From positions 44,578,001 through 44,642,000 of the forward strand of contig NC_073392.1 of the NCBI RefSeq assembly GCF_028641065.1: DNA of 64,000 bases. The letters run 5' to 3'. The DNA is from Leucoraja erinacea (Eukaryota). The translations under genes and the position numbers were made by a program. The notes beneath the pieces were generated by a model, which had not been told where the DNA came from, did no database searches, and worked only from the letters and a program-made list of their open reading frames with translations. Positions 23,741 to 37,605 of this stretch are shown here, in pieces (position 1 is the first letter of the stretch; the number at the start of each line of letters is the position of its first letter).

Positions 23741-26700
23741 ACAACCATTTGCAGGCAGTGTCTTTACTTCAAACTAACCATATTTTCATTTTCAAATCAC
23801 ATTATGGGCACTCACAGTTGAGTAGACATGTGTTCAGTGTTATTCAGAGCTCGGAGAGATGTGACCCTTTGGCTTCCTACATCTTGCACAGACTGAGTGA
23901 AGCACACCACTTCCTGGTTTTATTGTCCCTCCCCCTCCCTCCAGCAGGGGCAACAGAGAGAAAGGCAGTTTAAAAAACCCCATTAATATCTCACTGATCT
24001 TTCATCGATGGGAAAAATCCTCTGATCCCGGAAGGAAGATGGGGGCTCTGAGCGAGGTTGCCAGAGCACCATTTGCAGTAAGTAGTGCCTTTCAACTTCA
24101 AGCCAAAACATCCAAGCCACCATTTGCAGTAATTAGTGCCTTTCAACTTCAAGCCAAAGCTCCCAAGCCACCATTTGCAGTAGGTAGTGCATTTCAACTT
24201 CAAGCCAAAGCACCCAAGCCACCATTTGCAGTTAGTGCCTTTCAACTTCATGCCACCATTTGCAGTAAGTAGTGCCTTTCAACTTCAAGCCAAAGCATCC
24301 AAACAACCATTTGCAGGCAGTGCCTTTTTATTTCAAACAAACCATATTTTCATTTTCAAACCACATTAAGGGTACTCACAGTTGTGTAGACATTTGTTCA
24401 GATATTCAGAGCTCAGAGAGACGTGACCCGTGGCTTCATCCATCTTGCAGAGAGTGAGTGAGGCACACCACTTCCTGGTTTTATAATCCCTCCCCCTCCC
24501 TCCAGCAGGTGCAGCAGAGAGAATGGTGATTTTTTTTTTAAACTTCAAGCCAAAGCACCCAAGCCACCATTTGCAGTAAGTAGTTCCTTTCAACCTCATG
24601 CCACCATTTTCAGTAAATAGTGCCTTTCAAGTCCAAGCAAAGCACCCAAGCGACCAATTGCAGTAATACCTTTCAACTTCAAGCCAAAGCACCCAAGCCA
24701 CCATTTGCAGTAAGTAGTGCCTTTCAACTTTAAACCAAAGCTCCCAAGCCACCATTTGCAGTAGGTAGTGCCTTTCAACTTAAAGCCAAAGCACCAAAAA
24801 CAACCATTTGTAGGCAGTGCCTTTTTACATCAAAAAAAAACATTTTCATTTTCAAACCACATTAAGGGTACTCACAGTTGTGTAGACATTTGTTCAGTCA
24901 TTCAGAGCTCAGAGAGACATGACCCTTGGCTTCATCCATCTAGCAGAGAGTGAGTGAGGCACACCACCTCCTGGTTTTATAGTCCCTCCCCCTCCCTCGA
25001 GCAGGTGCAGCAGAGAGAATGGTGATTTGTTTAAACTTCAAGCCAAAGTTCCCAAGCCACCATTTGCAGTAAGTAGTGCATTTTGAACTTTAAACCAAAG
25101 CTCCCAAGCCACCATTTGCAGTAAATAGTGCATTTCAACTTCAAGCCAAAGCACCCGAGCCACCATTTGCAGTAAGTAGTGCCTTTCAACTTCATGCCAC
25201 CATTTGCAGTAAGTAGTGCCTTTCAACTTCAAGCCAAAGCATCCAAACAACCATTTGCAGGCAGTGCCTTTTTAGTTCAAACAAACCATATTTTCATTTT
25301 CAAACCACATTAAGGGTACTCATAGTTGTGTAGACATTTGTTCAGTGTTATTCAGAGCTCAGAGAGACCTGACCCTTGGCTTCAGCCATCTTGCAGAGAG
25401 TGAGTGAGGCACACTAATTCCTGGTTTTATAGTCCCTCCCCCTCCCTTCAGCAGGGGCAGTAGAGGGAATTATTATTTTTTTTTAAACATTAATATCTCT
25501 CTAATTTGTCATCGATGGGAAAAAATTTCCGCACCCGTAAGGCGGAGGGGGGCTCTGTGCGAGGTGGCCAAAAATGACGGCCGTAGGTGACGGCGTTCTG
25601 TCGGAAATCGCAGCACAGTAGGCCAAAAGCGGTCAAGATCAGAGATTTAGTAATATAGATAGATAACAATCCAGAGCCTGCTTTCACATGGACATTTTAT
25701 TGACATCTGCCTTGATCCTTAACTGCAAGCAAGCAATCCTATATCAAATTATATAATAAAATGTCAATGTGCTGACTTACTATTACATCCTATCTGAAAA
25801 CATGTTTCTCAGACTCTTTCTATTCATAGATTTTTAGACTGAGAATAACTTGCTTCCACTACAGATTTGTGAGTTCTGGGGTGGTTAAAGAGGTCCATGT
25901 TGGAACTGCAGAAATCCACATGTGGGGTGGGTAAATAATGTGAGTTTACGCAGTTTTTAAGCCACTCGCACAGGAATTTTGTGTGCTCTGTGCATGGTCC
26001 AGATGTTAATACCATCCAGAAGCTCCACCACTTCAAATGGCTATGGGCAGATGTTCTCTGGAGCCAGCAAGGCTATACCTATTTCAAATACATTTGCAGA
26101 CTTTTTTTCCCCTGTCCATTTGCCTGTTTCAGAGTAGGGTGTTGGGCATGCAAATGATGCAGCTTGCCAAAATGTAGCAGATAGTAACTAAATGTTAATG
26201 TTGATCTTGGATTCCAAAGCATTGCTAACTGCATAAATATCATTTATATTTTTTTAGTGCCTTTAGGTGCCATTGTCGGTCTTCCAGCTTACAGAAGCGT
26301 ACTGCTTGCTGGCTGATTTCACGGGTTTTGTGCTGGATTTGAGGTCAATACCTTCAAACACCATTTTCCTTAATTGTCCAAAGGCTGTGCTTACATTGAA
26401 AGGGGTGGTGAATTTAATAGATATTTGCAGTCACAGAGGGATGGCTCTATAGATGTCAAAAGTGGTCTATGTTTTCAACGGTCTTGTGAATCCTTGTCAA
26501 TGGGAAGGATGACAGAAGACCTTGGTATTGCAAATACAGAGTGTAAAACCCATTCTCTCATATACCTCAAGTAGCAAGTCAACAATTTATTGGAGCTTGC
26601 CCTCTGCCAATGCCATTTGCCACTCCATCAGTTCTGAGGTTCCTCCATTTCCATAGAAGTTTGTTAAGGATGAGGTGCTGCATTGCGATGGGAAGAGGCC

Positions 26701-29700
26701 TTATTGGACACTGATAAGCTCTTGAATGTTAAGCCTTTTGGTTAGTATTCAAGACTTGCATGCTGGTGTGGATTAAAAGTAAAGTGAAGGATTATTTTTC
26801 CAGTTCCACAGTCCCACTAATTAGTGGAGTCAAATGTTTCAGTCAAAAAAGGTCAGGTGTAATGTTTGGTGTTGCTTCCTGCATTTTAATTTGAACTGTG
26901 AAACAGTCAAGTTTATGTCCACTGTATCTCCAGATAGAATTTACACAGAAATTGGGTAATCTATTCATAGGCTGCAGGAAGACGGCATTTGAGGAGACTG
27001 AGGAGGGGAGCCCCCTGCTTACCACAGCCGGACCCTCCCATCTTGAGAAATTATGGCATCTCCAAGGTTTCCAGACACATCCTCCTCTTCCCGGAGGTAG
27101 ACAAATGATATTGTGCCGAAGAGTTTCAGTCAGAAACTCACCGTTTAGTTTAGATACTGTGTGGAAACAGGCCCGTAGGTCCACTGAATCCAGGCTGATC
27201 ATCAATCACCTGTACACTAGTTCCATCCAACATACTATGGAATATTTTACAGGCCATTTAACCTACAAACCTGCACATCTTTGGAAGTCCCGAGAAAACC
27301 CATATGGTCACAGGGAGGGTCAGCGCCCAAGGTCAGGATCAACCCATTTCTCCTTACGGGGTCCTTGAAAGCTTCATCATTGATCTTCTGACACCACTAC
27401 TGTTGCCACTGATGTTTCAGTAACAGGTTGATGGACATAATAGGGAAGATTAGGTGGTGCTCAATCCAGATGTTTTCAGTGTCTGTCTTTGATTGCTTGC
27501 ACAACAATGACCTAGCCGGTCTGAAGAAGGGTCTCGACCCGAAACGTCGGCAATTCCTTCTCCATAGATGCTGCCTCCTGGAGAAACCTGCTGAGTTTCT
27601 CCAGCATTTTGTGTCTACCTTCGATTTTACCAGCATCTGCAGATCTTTCTTAAACACCTAGCGGGTCCGAATGCTCCCATCAGAAGTGTACATCTTTTGC
27701 TTGTCTCTCTGACAAAGCGATGTTACAAGTAAGTCAAGAGAAGCTCTGAAGTTGGCATTCCTTTTCAGTGTGTCCTCCAGAAAGTGGTGTGCATGTTTTC
27801 ACTCAGTGCAACTGTTTTGAGTTCAAAACATCTGAGTACACCAATGATGATAAGAAAACTGTATTCCCATGAGGGTCCTGGCATTGTTCGGAACTGTGGA
27901 GTGGAAGGTACCTTTGCGTGTTTTTTTAAAAACAAAGGTCAGGATGGCTTCCATGAGCCAGCGTACTGTCCTAATAACCTCTAGTCCATTGCGGATGTTG
28001 AACATTGTCTACGGAACTAATCCACTACAATGTTGAGAACTATATTTTGCACTGTGTATCTTCCCCCTTGCTCTACATGAGATTGTATTTATGTGTAGTA
28101 TTATCTGATTTTACTGGATAGCATGCAAATCAAAGCTGTTCACTGCACCTCGGCACGCATAATAGTAATGAACCTAAACCGCGCAGTCTATTCTCAGCTG
28201 CAATACTGGGTTTCCATTATTAGACACTGCAATATATATTTATATATTGTTTTGAAAAATATTTCTGATAAAACTAAACTTACCAAGATGCCTGACATGC
28301 CACAATGGATCAATGGATGAGTGTTGTTTATAGAACACCAAGAGCATAGGTGGTGTCGTAACACTACCGGCCAGAGCACCCCCATACAAGTTCTCCCTGT
28401 GAAAATAAATGATGTGGCTATTAACTCCTGATTGCAAAGATATGCTGACATTTTTCATCGATTAATCAATTCCATTAAAGTCTGTAATTTGAATTAAATG
28501 TTTTGTTTTTTTTTGACTTGAGGGGTAAAATATCCCATAACTTATAACGATCTTTAATTATGTAGTCATCTACCTGCAGCAATGAAAATGTAAGTAATGG
28601 GGGTATGATTGCTCAGTGTTCTGCTGCGACTCGCCTTCTAACTCACTTTACACTAAGAAAAAGGTGTGGAGAAATACTTCTCCTTTAGCCAGATGGGTAC
28701 ACCAACAACACTCAGTATTCACCAATCAAAGCAAAGCAGCCCACATGATCAGATCTCTATCCTCCACATAAACTATCCTTTCCTCCACCCTTGCTGCAGT
28801 TCCATTTACAGAACTCTATTATAGTAACTCACCAAGTTTTCAAAAGCAACTTCGAAACTCATGATGTGCACTTCCTAGAAAGAGAGGGAGAGCAAACTCA
28901 TGGGAACGTTACCATCCCAATATCTCACATGAGACTGACTTGGACTTGATGCCTTTTCATCGTCATCACCAGGATAACACCCGGGAAATGGTTAATTAAT
29001 AGCCATTCATCCACAGTGATCCCTCAGCAGTTTATCACATTCAAAGTCAATTAGAAATGGGCAATAGACCATATTTCATGTATGAATTAAAAAAATAAAA
29101 TACAGAACATTTGAGAATAAAATATAAATACTTAAAAATTGAAGAACTTAAGAATTGCCATGATTATGAAAATAGTTTATTTGTAATTTTCTGTTATTCT
29201 TACACTGCAAACTTCCCTGTTCATCTATTATAGACACAAAATGCTGGAGTAATTCAGCAGGACAGGCAGCATTGCTGGATAGAAGGAATAGATAGAAGAA
29301 TGAAGAATGGTTTCGACCCAAAACATCACCCATTCTTTCTATCCAGAGATGCTGCCCGTCCCGCTGAGTTACTCCAGCATTTGTGTCTGTCTTTGGTGTA
29401 AACCAACATCTGCAGTTCCTTCCTACACTGTTCATCTATTGTGCTGCAATACTTCTGCTTTAACCTGAAAATAAGGAAAGGTTAGTTTAACAGCAAATTA
29501 ATATTTCCATGAAGATTGATATGCTTACATTGTAATTATTAGAAACTTACACCACATTGATTTCCATCCATTTTTCAAGCTGTTCTGTGATGTTTTGTTG
29601 TTTCCATTCTGTAAGATTTGCTACAAAGACACCAGGATTGAAGGAGCATGTGCCTGCCTTCATACCAAGTTTTCTAATTGTTTCCTTTTTATAATCAAGG

Positions 29701-32700
29701 AAGCCCAAATATGTGTTCTAGAAAACATAAGAGTTAACATTTCTTGTGGGTTATTTTATTTGAAATGTAGTGATTTCAGTCTCACCCTCTTCTCTTCTTC
29801 ACTTCACTTCCTTCTCCCCTCTCTCATCAGGCAAGAGTAACAGAAGGTTGAAGATGCATACTTCCAGATTCAGGAACAGTTTCTTCCCAGCTGTTATTAG
29901 ACAACTGAACAGTCCTTTCATCAGCTAGGGTGCAGTCCTGACCTCTGGAGACTTCTGAACTATCTTTAATCAAACTTTATTGGATTTCAATGTTAAATCT
30001 TGCACTAAATGTTGTACCCTTTATCTGTGCCCTGTGGATAGCTTCATTCTATTCATGCATAGTCTTTTCTTTGACTGGATAGCACGCAACCAAAAGCTTT
30101 TCACTGTACCTCGGTATATGCGACAATAATAAACTAAACTAGAGCATTGTTGCTGCCTGATCTGTTGTGTCTCCAGTACATTCTGCTTTCTTTTCTTCAC
30201 CCAGTGTAAACACCTCATTAGGGGTAAAGTTAATACTTGTTATGAGCCTACTCTAATTTACAAGTTATGTAAATACTTTTGGAAGAGCTGGGGATCAGAA
30301 AATCTTATGGTGGGGGCTAAACTGATCTCTTGGATAACTGATATCCATACTAATTTATTTTAGCTTTTTATATTGAATGATTTTTTTTTTTCAAGATGGT
30401 GCACTCAAAGCTCATGAAACGACATGATCCTGAATATACTCCACTCTCCTTACTTATATCAAATATCATATGAATATTTGTCCAGTATCTGCTAACAGCA
30501 AATTCTATCATGATTAAAAAATACCTGACTTCCAGCACCTCTGACCAGCACCTTGGAAGATATTTCACAATCTTCAGAAAAAGCAGCAGCATGACCTGGC
30601 TTTAGTTCAGTGTCATAAAGTTCGCGGATGTCTCCTAATGCAACAAATATAAGAGAGAAATAAATACATAGTGTTGTGTTAGGCTCTAATGTCTCAAAAG
30701 TGCTTCATGCATTGAATTTTGAAAAGCTGTCTTGTCCATGATTAATTAATTTTCAGGCTTGTTAGTTTACAGATAGTGCTGGGCATAGAGATTTCAATAA
30801 AAATAGAATAAAACTAGAATGAACCTCCCATGAATTGTTGATTGTTGGAAATAAATAATAATAAATAAATATAACAGAAAGTTCAAACTAGAAAGTTAGT
30901 GCACATTATTGAGCACTTCACTAAATTATGGAAAACATAATTCCTCTACACAACTCCGCATGTCATAAGTACATAGTTTAAAATTGAAGCAATAAAAGAT
31001 TACCTTGTACTATCACGTCATCATCCAGGTAAATGGCTTTCGCTGTGCCAGAAATCAACATCGGAAGGTAGAATCTTGCAAATGTCAACTAAAACAATGA
31101 AAGTTACCAAGCAAGATAAAAGTTTTAATTTTTCTTTCAAATGCATTTAATAAAAATATCTGAGATTATCAAAACAAACTGCTGTAATGGTTTAATTTCA
31201 GACATCATCTTTCACTATTAAACTTGTCAGAAATTATTGAGATAGCCATGTCTTATTGTATGTTGTATGTTTGTCTTATTTGTCTTTTTCAGTTATCAAA
31301 ATACTGACGTGGAAGGTATGAACACATCTTTGAAGGTAATGATGCGATTGAAAAATGTATGAAAAAAAGACACAAACTTTAAGATAAAATAAAAGTATTT
31401 AATATAAAATCTGGAAAGATATAACCATATAACAATTACAGCACGGAAACAGGCCATCTCGGCCCTACAAGTCCGTGCCGAACAACTTTTTTCCCCTTAG
31501 TCCCACCTGCCTGCACTCATACCATAACCCTCCATTCCCTTCTCATCCATATGCCTATCCAATCATAGATATGATTAACTATTATAAAACAATGGCCTGC
31601 TCTAAGGTGCAGGATTTTTTCCATTCTTTTTCCACTGCGATACAGGGAGGATTTCAAGAGCTTGGGGCCGGTTCAAGAATGATTTACACGAATGGTACCA
31701 GAGTTGAGAGACTTTGATTTTGTGGAAGGTCTGTAAAAGCTACATTTGTTCATGGAACACAGGATGGTTTATAATATGTTCAAAATTATATAAAATTCGC
31801 AAAGAGTGACTATGGAAAAACTGTATTCAAGAGGGTCAGTAGCAATATCTCCAGATTTAGAGTACTTGGTAAACGATGTGAAGAAAATGAATTTTCTTTT
31901 AAATATAGTAAGTTGTTATGATTCAGATTACTGTCTGATGTTGACAAATATGTTGGCAACTGAAAAAGGAAATGAACAATACATATGCTGAATTTGAAAA
32001 GTAAAATCTTATTGTGTTCAGCAAGGAGGACAGACTATTTGAAATGTTTATTGAAGATAAATAAAAGCAGATAATGCTGGAATCACTCAATAAGTAATCC
32101 AGTCGATGAGAAGCAGAATTAATGTTTCTGATTAAAGACCATTCGTCAGAACCAAAACACATAATTTACAGTTTCTGGATCTTGAATAAATCTTCCAAAG
32201 ATTGAGGCCTAGTACAAAGGGACAAATGCTCATCTATGCTGCACTTTAACCCACACAAACTCACAAACGGGGTACTCACTGATTTTACTTCAGGTGAATC
32301 ATCATCGTCGCTTCGGACTTTGCCTTTTAAAATGCGCAGGTCAAATTCTAGAATTTTATACTTAATATTCATCAGTTCTCGTCTCTGAAGCCAAGAGCTA
32401 AATCAGATGAAAAGAATAATTACAACCGCTCCATTCTGGAGTCAGATTAGAGAAGGTACAGAAAATATGAAGAAGATTGATTGATATTTGCAATTATTTG
32501 ATAATCATGTTCACCTTAAGTGACTCATTGTGTCATTTGTAGTAATTATATAAAAGACCACATTTGATCTGGTGTTACTATATATACTGTTGATAGCTGC
32601 TATTACACCTCCCAGTCGCTCTTCAACAGCAGGGATCAGAATTGGAATCTCTTCACCAGTCCTCTCTTCTGTAATTCTCAAAAAGTCATCCGGTTGTACT

Positions 32701-35700
32701 CTATCATATTCTACAATATTAAATGCGAAAATTAGGAGGAAGTCATTTACTACATGCAAAGGTGACGTTTTAAAAATCTTTAATGGTAGTTTTTACAGAG
32801 CAACTATAGGTTCTTATTCTCAGTGAATGGATTGCAATTCCTGCTCTAAATGAATTTTTCAAAGAAAAATTAATTTGAGGATTCATTTATAAAGCAATGG
32901 GGATCCAACGCAAAAGGATAGCTCATGCACAAATGATTGTAACATGACTCAGTCAGAGTTTTAATTTTCCACTTGTTGAAGTTAAATCATTTTTCAAACA
33001 TAAAGATTTATGAATTTTAAATTTGGTCATTCAAATGTTCAATTACTGACAATATTCCTATAATAAAATAGATTGAACCATATTTTCCCTTTGCTGTGTC
33101 AGCCAGGTAAGCAGTGCAAATATTGCTTCAAGAGAACGTAATACAGGTCCACCTCCGATTTTCCGGCAACTGGTGGTCTGCCACCCCTCTTTTAAATCTG
33201 GCCAAAATCCCTCACCTGCAGGTCCCCCCGAAACTGGCACTGAGGCTGGGTGAGCCCACCGATCTCAACCTCATTGGGACAGCAGCACCAATCAGCGGGT
33301 TGAATTTCCCCCCCTGCGACCAGCGCTCTAGAACTCTGGCCTGGCTGGAGGCGACAGAACCGTACCCATAGCCGACTTTGTGGGCCAGTCTCCCGGCTAT
33401 ACAAAGCCATGGCCTCTGCTGGTCCGGCAAAATGGACAATCCAGAAAGGCTCTGGAACCAAGGGTGCCAGAAAATCATGGTGGACCTGTACTAACAAAAA
33501 CATCACACTTAAGTTGTATAATATTTATTATTAATAAATGGTACTTCTGTTGGAGGGAAGATTATAATTTAACAGATAAACCTCTAAAAATTAGAACTCT
33601 GAAGTTAGTGGTATAACCGAAATCCGGACACATGCAAAATGCCAAGCTGAGCAGGAATGCAGAGTATCAGTAAATGTTGTTACTTACCCGTGTTATCCTT
33701 GTTTAAAAGATCATGCACATTAATTAGATTATGCCGTACAACTATCAAAAACACTATTGCAACAAGCAAGATCACCAGGATGTGAACTGTAAAAGAAAAA
33801 AATAAATAAATGAATTTCTCCACGTTTCACTCTATTTATCTTCCTCCTCGCACAATGTCCTCTTTGATCCATGTACAGAAACAGGGTTTGACAGATACCA
33901 ACATCCCTCCATCCCTTACTCATGAACTCTTACCAACAGGCTTTTAAACTGTGATTCAATCATACCATATAACCATATAACAATTACAGCACGGAAACAG
34001 GCCATCTCGGCCCTACAAGTCCGTGCCGAACATCTTTTTTTTTTTCCCTTAGTCCCACCTGCCTGCACTCATACCATAACCCTCCATTCCCTTCTCATCC
34101 ATATGCCTATCCAATTTACTTTTAAATGATACCAACGAACCTGCCTCCACCACTTCCACTGGAACCTCATTCCACACCACTACCACTCTCTGAGTAAAGA
34201 AGTTCCCCCTCATATTACCCCTAAACTTCTGTCCCTTAATTCTGAAGTCATGTCCTCTTGTTTGAATCTTCCCTATTCTCAAAGGGAAAAGCTTGTCCAC
34301 ATCAACTCTGTCTATCCCCTCATCATTTTAAAAGACCTCTATCAAGTCCCCCCTTAACCTTCTGCGCTCCAGAGAATAAAGACCTAACCTATTCAACCTT
34401 TCACTGTAACTTAGTTGTTGAAACCCAGGCAACATTCTAGTAAATCTCCTGTGTACTCTCTCTATTTTGTTGACATCCTTCCTATAATTGGGCGACCAAA
34501 ATTGTACACCATACTCCAGATTGGGTCTCACCAATGCCTTGTACAATTTTAACATTACATCCCAGCTTCTATGCTCAATGCTCTGATTTATAAAGGCTAG
34601 CATACCAAAAGCTTTCTTTACCACCCTATCTATATGAGATTCCACCTTCAAGGAACTATGCACGGTTATTCCCAGATCCCTCTGTTCAACTGTATTCTTC
34701 AGTTCCCTACCATTTACCATGTACGTCCTATTTTGATTTGTCCTGCCAAGGTGTAGCACCTCACATTTATCAGCATTAAACTCCATCTACCATCTTTCAG
34801 CCCATTCTTCCAAATGGCCTAAATCACTCTGTAGACTTTGGGAATCCTCTTCATTATCCACAACACCCTCTATCTTGGTATCACCTGCATACTTACTAAT
34901 CCAATTTACCACACCTTCATCCAGATCATTGATGTACATGACAAACAACAAAGGACCCAACACCGATCCCTGAGGCACCCCACTAGTCACCTGCCTCCAA
35001 CCTGACAAACAACCATCCACCATTACCCTCTGGCTTCTCCCATTCAGCCACTGTTGAATCCATCTTGCTACTCCTGCATTTATACCCAACAGTTGAACCT
35101 TCTTAACCAACCTTCCATGAGGAACCTTGTCAAAGGCCTTACTAAAGTCCATATAGACAACATCCACTGCTTTACCCTCGTCAATTTCCCTAGTAACCTC
35201 TTCAAAAAATTCAAGAAGATTAGTCAAACATGACCTTCCAGGCACAAATCCATGCTGACTGTTCCTAATCAGACCCTGTTTATCCAGATGCTTATATATA
35301 TTATCTCTAAGTATCTTTTCCATTAATTTGCCCACCACTGAAGTCAAATTAGCAGGCCTATAATTGCTAGATTTACTCTTAGAACCCTTTTTAAACAATG
35401 GAACAACATGCGCAGTACGCCAATCCTCGGGGACTATTCCCGTTTCTAATGACATTTGAAATATTTCTATCATAGCCCCGGCTATTTCTACACTAACTTC
35501 CCTCAATGTCCTTGGGAATATCCTGTCAGGACCAGGAGACTTATCCACTTTTATGTTTTTCAAAAGTGTCAGTACTTCTTTTACTTTGAAACTCATAGTA
35601 TCCATAGCTACTCTACTAGTTTCCCTTACCTCACATAATTCAATATCCTTCTCCTTGGTGAATACCGAAGAAAAGAAAACTTGATGAGACTTCCTGGATT

Positions 35701-36659
35701 TCCATGTGAACATTCCAGCAAACGTGACAAGAGAATGAATAACTCGCTAATTTATCAAATAATATTCCATCAATGCTAAGCAACAATGCGCCCGATTAAT
35801 GATCAATTAATTATACAATTCACGTTGCAGTGAACATAAGGGCACAAAGCTTTATTTCCATATGTTTCCGATGAAAAGACATTAACTTTATAGATACAGC
35901 ATGGAAACAAGCCCTTCGGCCCACTGAGTCTGCGCTGACCAGCTATGACCCGGTACACTAGCACTATCCTACACACTTGCGACAATTTACTTGACTTGAA
36001 GCATTTTTCTCTTCAAAGACCTTGCATAGGATCGGACCCCATTTATTTCAAAAGGGATTTTTGATCTAGACAACATGCAAACCCAGTGTTTTCTTTTAAT
36101 TAATCTAATTAATTTGTTTTCATATTTTTGGATGTAACTCTCCTTTCTGGTATTTTAAATATTTTTAATTATGTTACTTGCAGTAGTTCCTAAAGGCTCT
36201 ATCAATGAGAAAAAATGCAAAATAAAGCTCCATGCTTTGACAGAAGACCAAGGTCCATCCATCCCCAGCTAACATCCTAAGCAGAGGGTCAAGCCACCAC
36301 ATCCAGCTCAAACAGGTGTGGATGGGAGGGCCAGCAGTGCTGAATACAGCATGGTCCAATGCTGTGTATTCGGGTGCAAATACACCATCTCTCTATGTAC
36401 ACAGTTCCACTAGACCATTTTATCCATTCAGCAGGACCACTGATGCCATAACATCCCCTGATCTCTGTCACTTGTGTGGCAGGAACTACCAAGCCCAGCC
36501 TGCTCTAATCAGCCATGTCCGTACAAATCATAACACAATAGATTATGTGTCATGGAGGCAAACACCAACATTAATGGGCACAAGGGATGGCTAATTCACG
36601 ATTTAAGTTTCTTTATATATTTATAATATCAAATCTTGCATACCTTTTCTGAATGCCAT
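22427..36659 (-). CDS. GLT8D1: Glycosyltransferase 8 domain-containing protein 1, 364 aa, 9 coding exons
   Basis: Exons in transcript order: 36659-36644, 33786-33688, 32710-32515, 32397-32280, 31088-31004, 30634-30525, 29717-29551, 28396-28284, 22617-22427. GT-AG, 1095 nt. MAFRKV plus TM anchor, LTFARFYLP, YLDDDVIVQG (DxD), CSFNPGVFVANL, LLHWNGRFKPW. Position between GNL3 and SPCS1 indicates D1 rather than D2. Confidence 0.95.
22791..25663 (-). mobile_element. Non-autonomous Helitron with internal higher-order satellite
   Basis: 5' TCTATCTATATTAC at 25663/25659; 3' hairpin GGGACCCAACAGGTCCC plus CTAG at 22791-22794; inserted between A and T, no TSD. Confidence 0.75.
23740..25490. repeat. 51-bp minisatellite arranged in about 450-560 bp higher-order repeats
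   Basis: catttgcag recurs at 24070, 24121, 24172; spacer block (tcaaaccacattaagggtactc..) at about 23792, 24356, 24852, 25300. Confidence 0.85.
27521..27655 (+). mobile_element. Short Penelope-derived element with hammerhead motif
   Basis: CTGAAGA A GGGTC TC GACCC GAAAC GTC; near-perfect TSD acctagc(c/g)ggt. Confidence 0.7.
29230..29427 (+). mobile_element. Penelope-derived element with inverted 5' segment
   Basis: Inverted arms; degenerate hammerhead; 13-bp TSD CTGTTCATCTATT. Confidence 0.7.
33144..33488. mobile_element. Tigger/pogo-type MITE
   Basis: TA|CAGGTCCACC..ATTTTC...GAAAAT..GGTGGACCTG|TA. Confidence 0.75.
33963..35680 (-). mobile_element. CR1 LINE, 5'-truncated RT region
   Basis: [34 protein letters not shown], 3' tail. 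Confidence 0.92.
36260..36595 (+). mobile_element. Old RTE-clade LINE 3' end
   Basis: C-terminal CHLCGRNYQAQPALISHVRTNH zinc-knuckle-like motif. Confidence 0.5.
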
Positions 36660-36759
36660 TTTGATATTCTGTTGCGATTGAAGTCCTGAGCCTTCACATC
36701 TGGAGAATGAAGCAAACAAATTCCTCATATTTTCTTTAGCAAGTATGAATTCAGTTGTT

Positions 36760-37462
36760 AAAACTGCCTTTCAGGGTCCCTACCTGGTCGGAGAGGCAGC
36801 TTTTCTCCGGGCTGCAGCTTCGACCCGTCCTCGCGGCCTACCAGCGGGCCTGGAGCGGCGTTTCCTGTCGCGGACCGCCAGAACCTCGGCTTCGGCGGCG
36901 GCACAGCGCTGGAGCGCTATCGCGGAGTGGGCGATGCCTTGCCTGGGTCGCCGCGCTAGAGCTCCGGTGAGCTGAGACCACCGGGAACAACATCGCGGAG
37001 CTGCGGGACTGTGGAGCGGCCAGCTGCGGCGCTGAACTTTACACCGGGAGCCTGGGATCTCGCAACGAGATCGGCAGTTGTGGAGCTCCATCCGGCGCGG
37101 CCTTGTCGGCTTTGGAAGCCGCGGCATCCAGTACGGAGGCGGCCGTTCCAGGGTTCCCATACTGCTGTGAGGACTCTCCCGACGCCGGTGCACCACCACC
37201 CGGCGAGAACGGCCAGGAACATCGGGCCTCCGTAGAGGCAACTGTGGAGGCCTCAATAGACTCGACTATGGGTCAACTGGGGTTGGGGACTGGACTTTGT
37301 GCCTTCCCTCATGGTGGGAGCCATTGTGGGGGGATGTTCTTTGTGTTTAAGACTCTCATTGGTGTTATGTCTGTATTCTTTTGTGTACTGCAAAATGGCA
37401 AAAAGCATTTCACTTCATTACACCTCAGTGTATGTGAATGTGACTAATAAAAACCTTTGAAT
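36760..37462 (+). mobile_element. GC-rich non-autonomous retroelement (second copy of the 11697 family)
   Basis: Shared blocks cctggtcggag, gctgaactttaca, ggaggcctcaatag, ggggactggactttgtgccttccc. Confidence 0.6.
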
Positions 37463-37605
37463 ACTTCATTCGAGATTAATACTGCATAATACAGCCACTG
37501 AAGCAAGAAACATTATTAATGAAGTTGCTGCAAAAACAGAAAAGCCACTTCAGAAATGTGGGATTTTTGTAAGGACTTCTGGTGGTACATAGTCTTTCCA
37601 ATTTA

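Noticed and set aside
23991-25250. CKWWLG repeat peptide, or a CRISPR-like array
   Set aside because: Tandem minisatellite without unique spacers, inside a Helitron; eukaryotic context, no cas genes.
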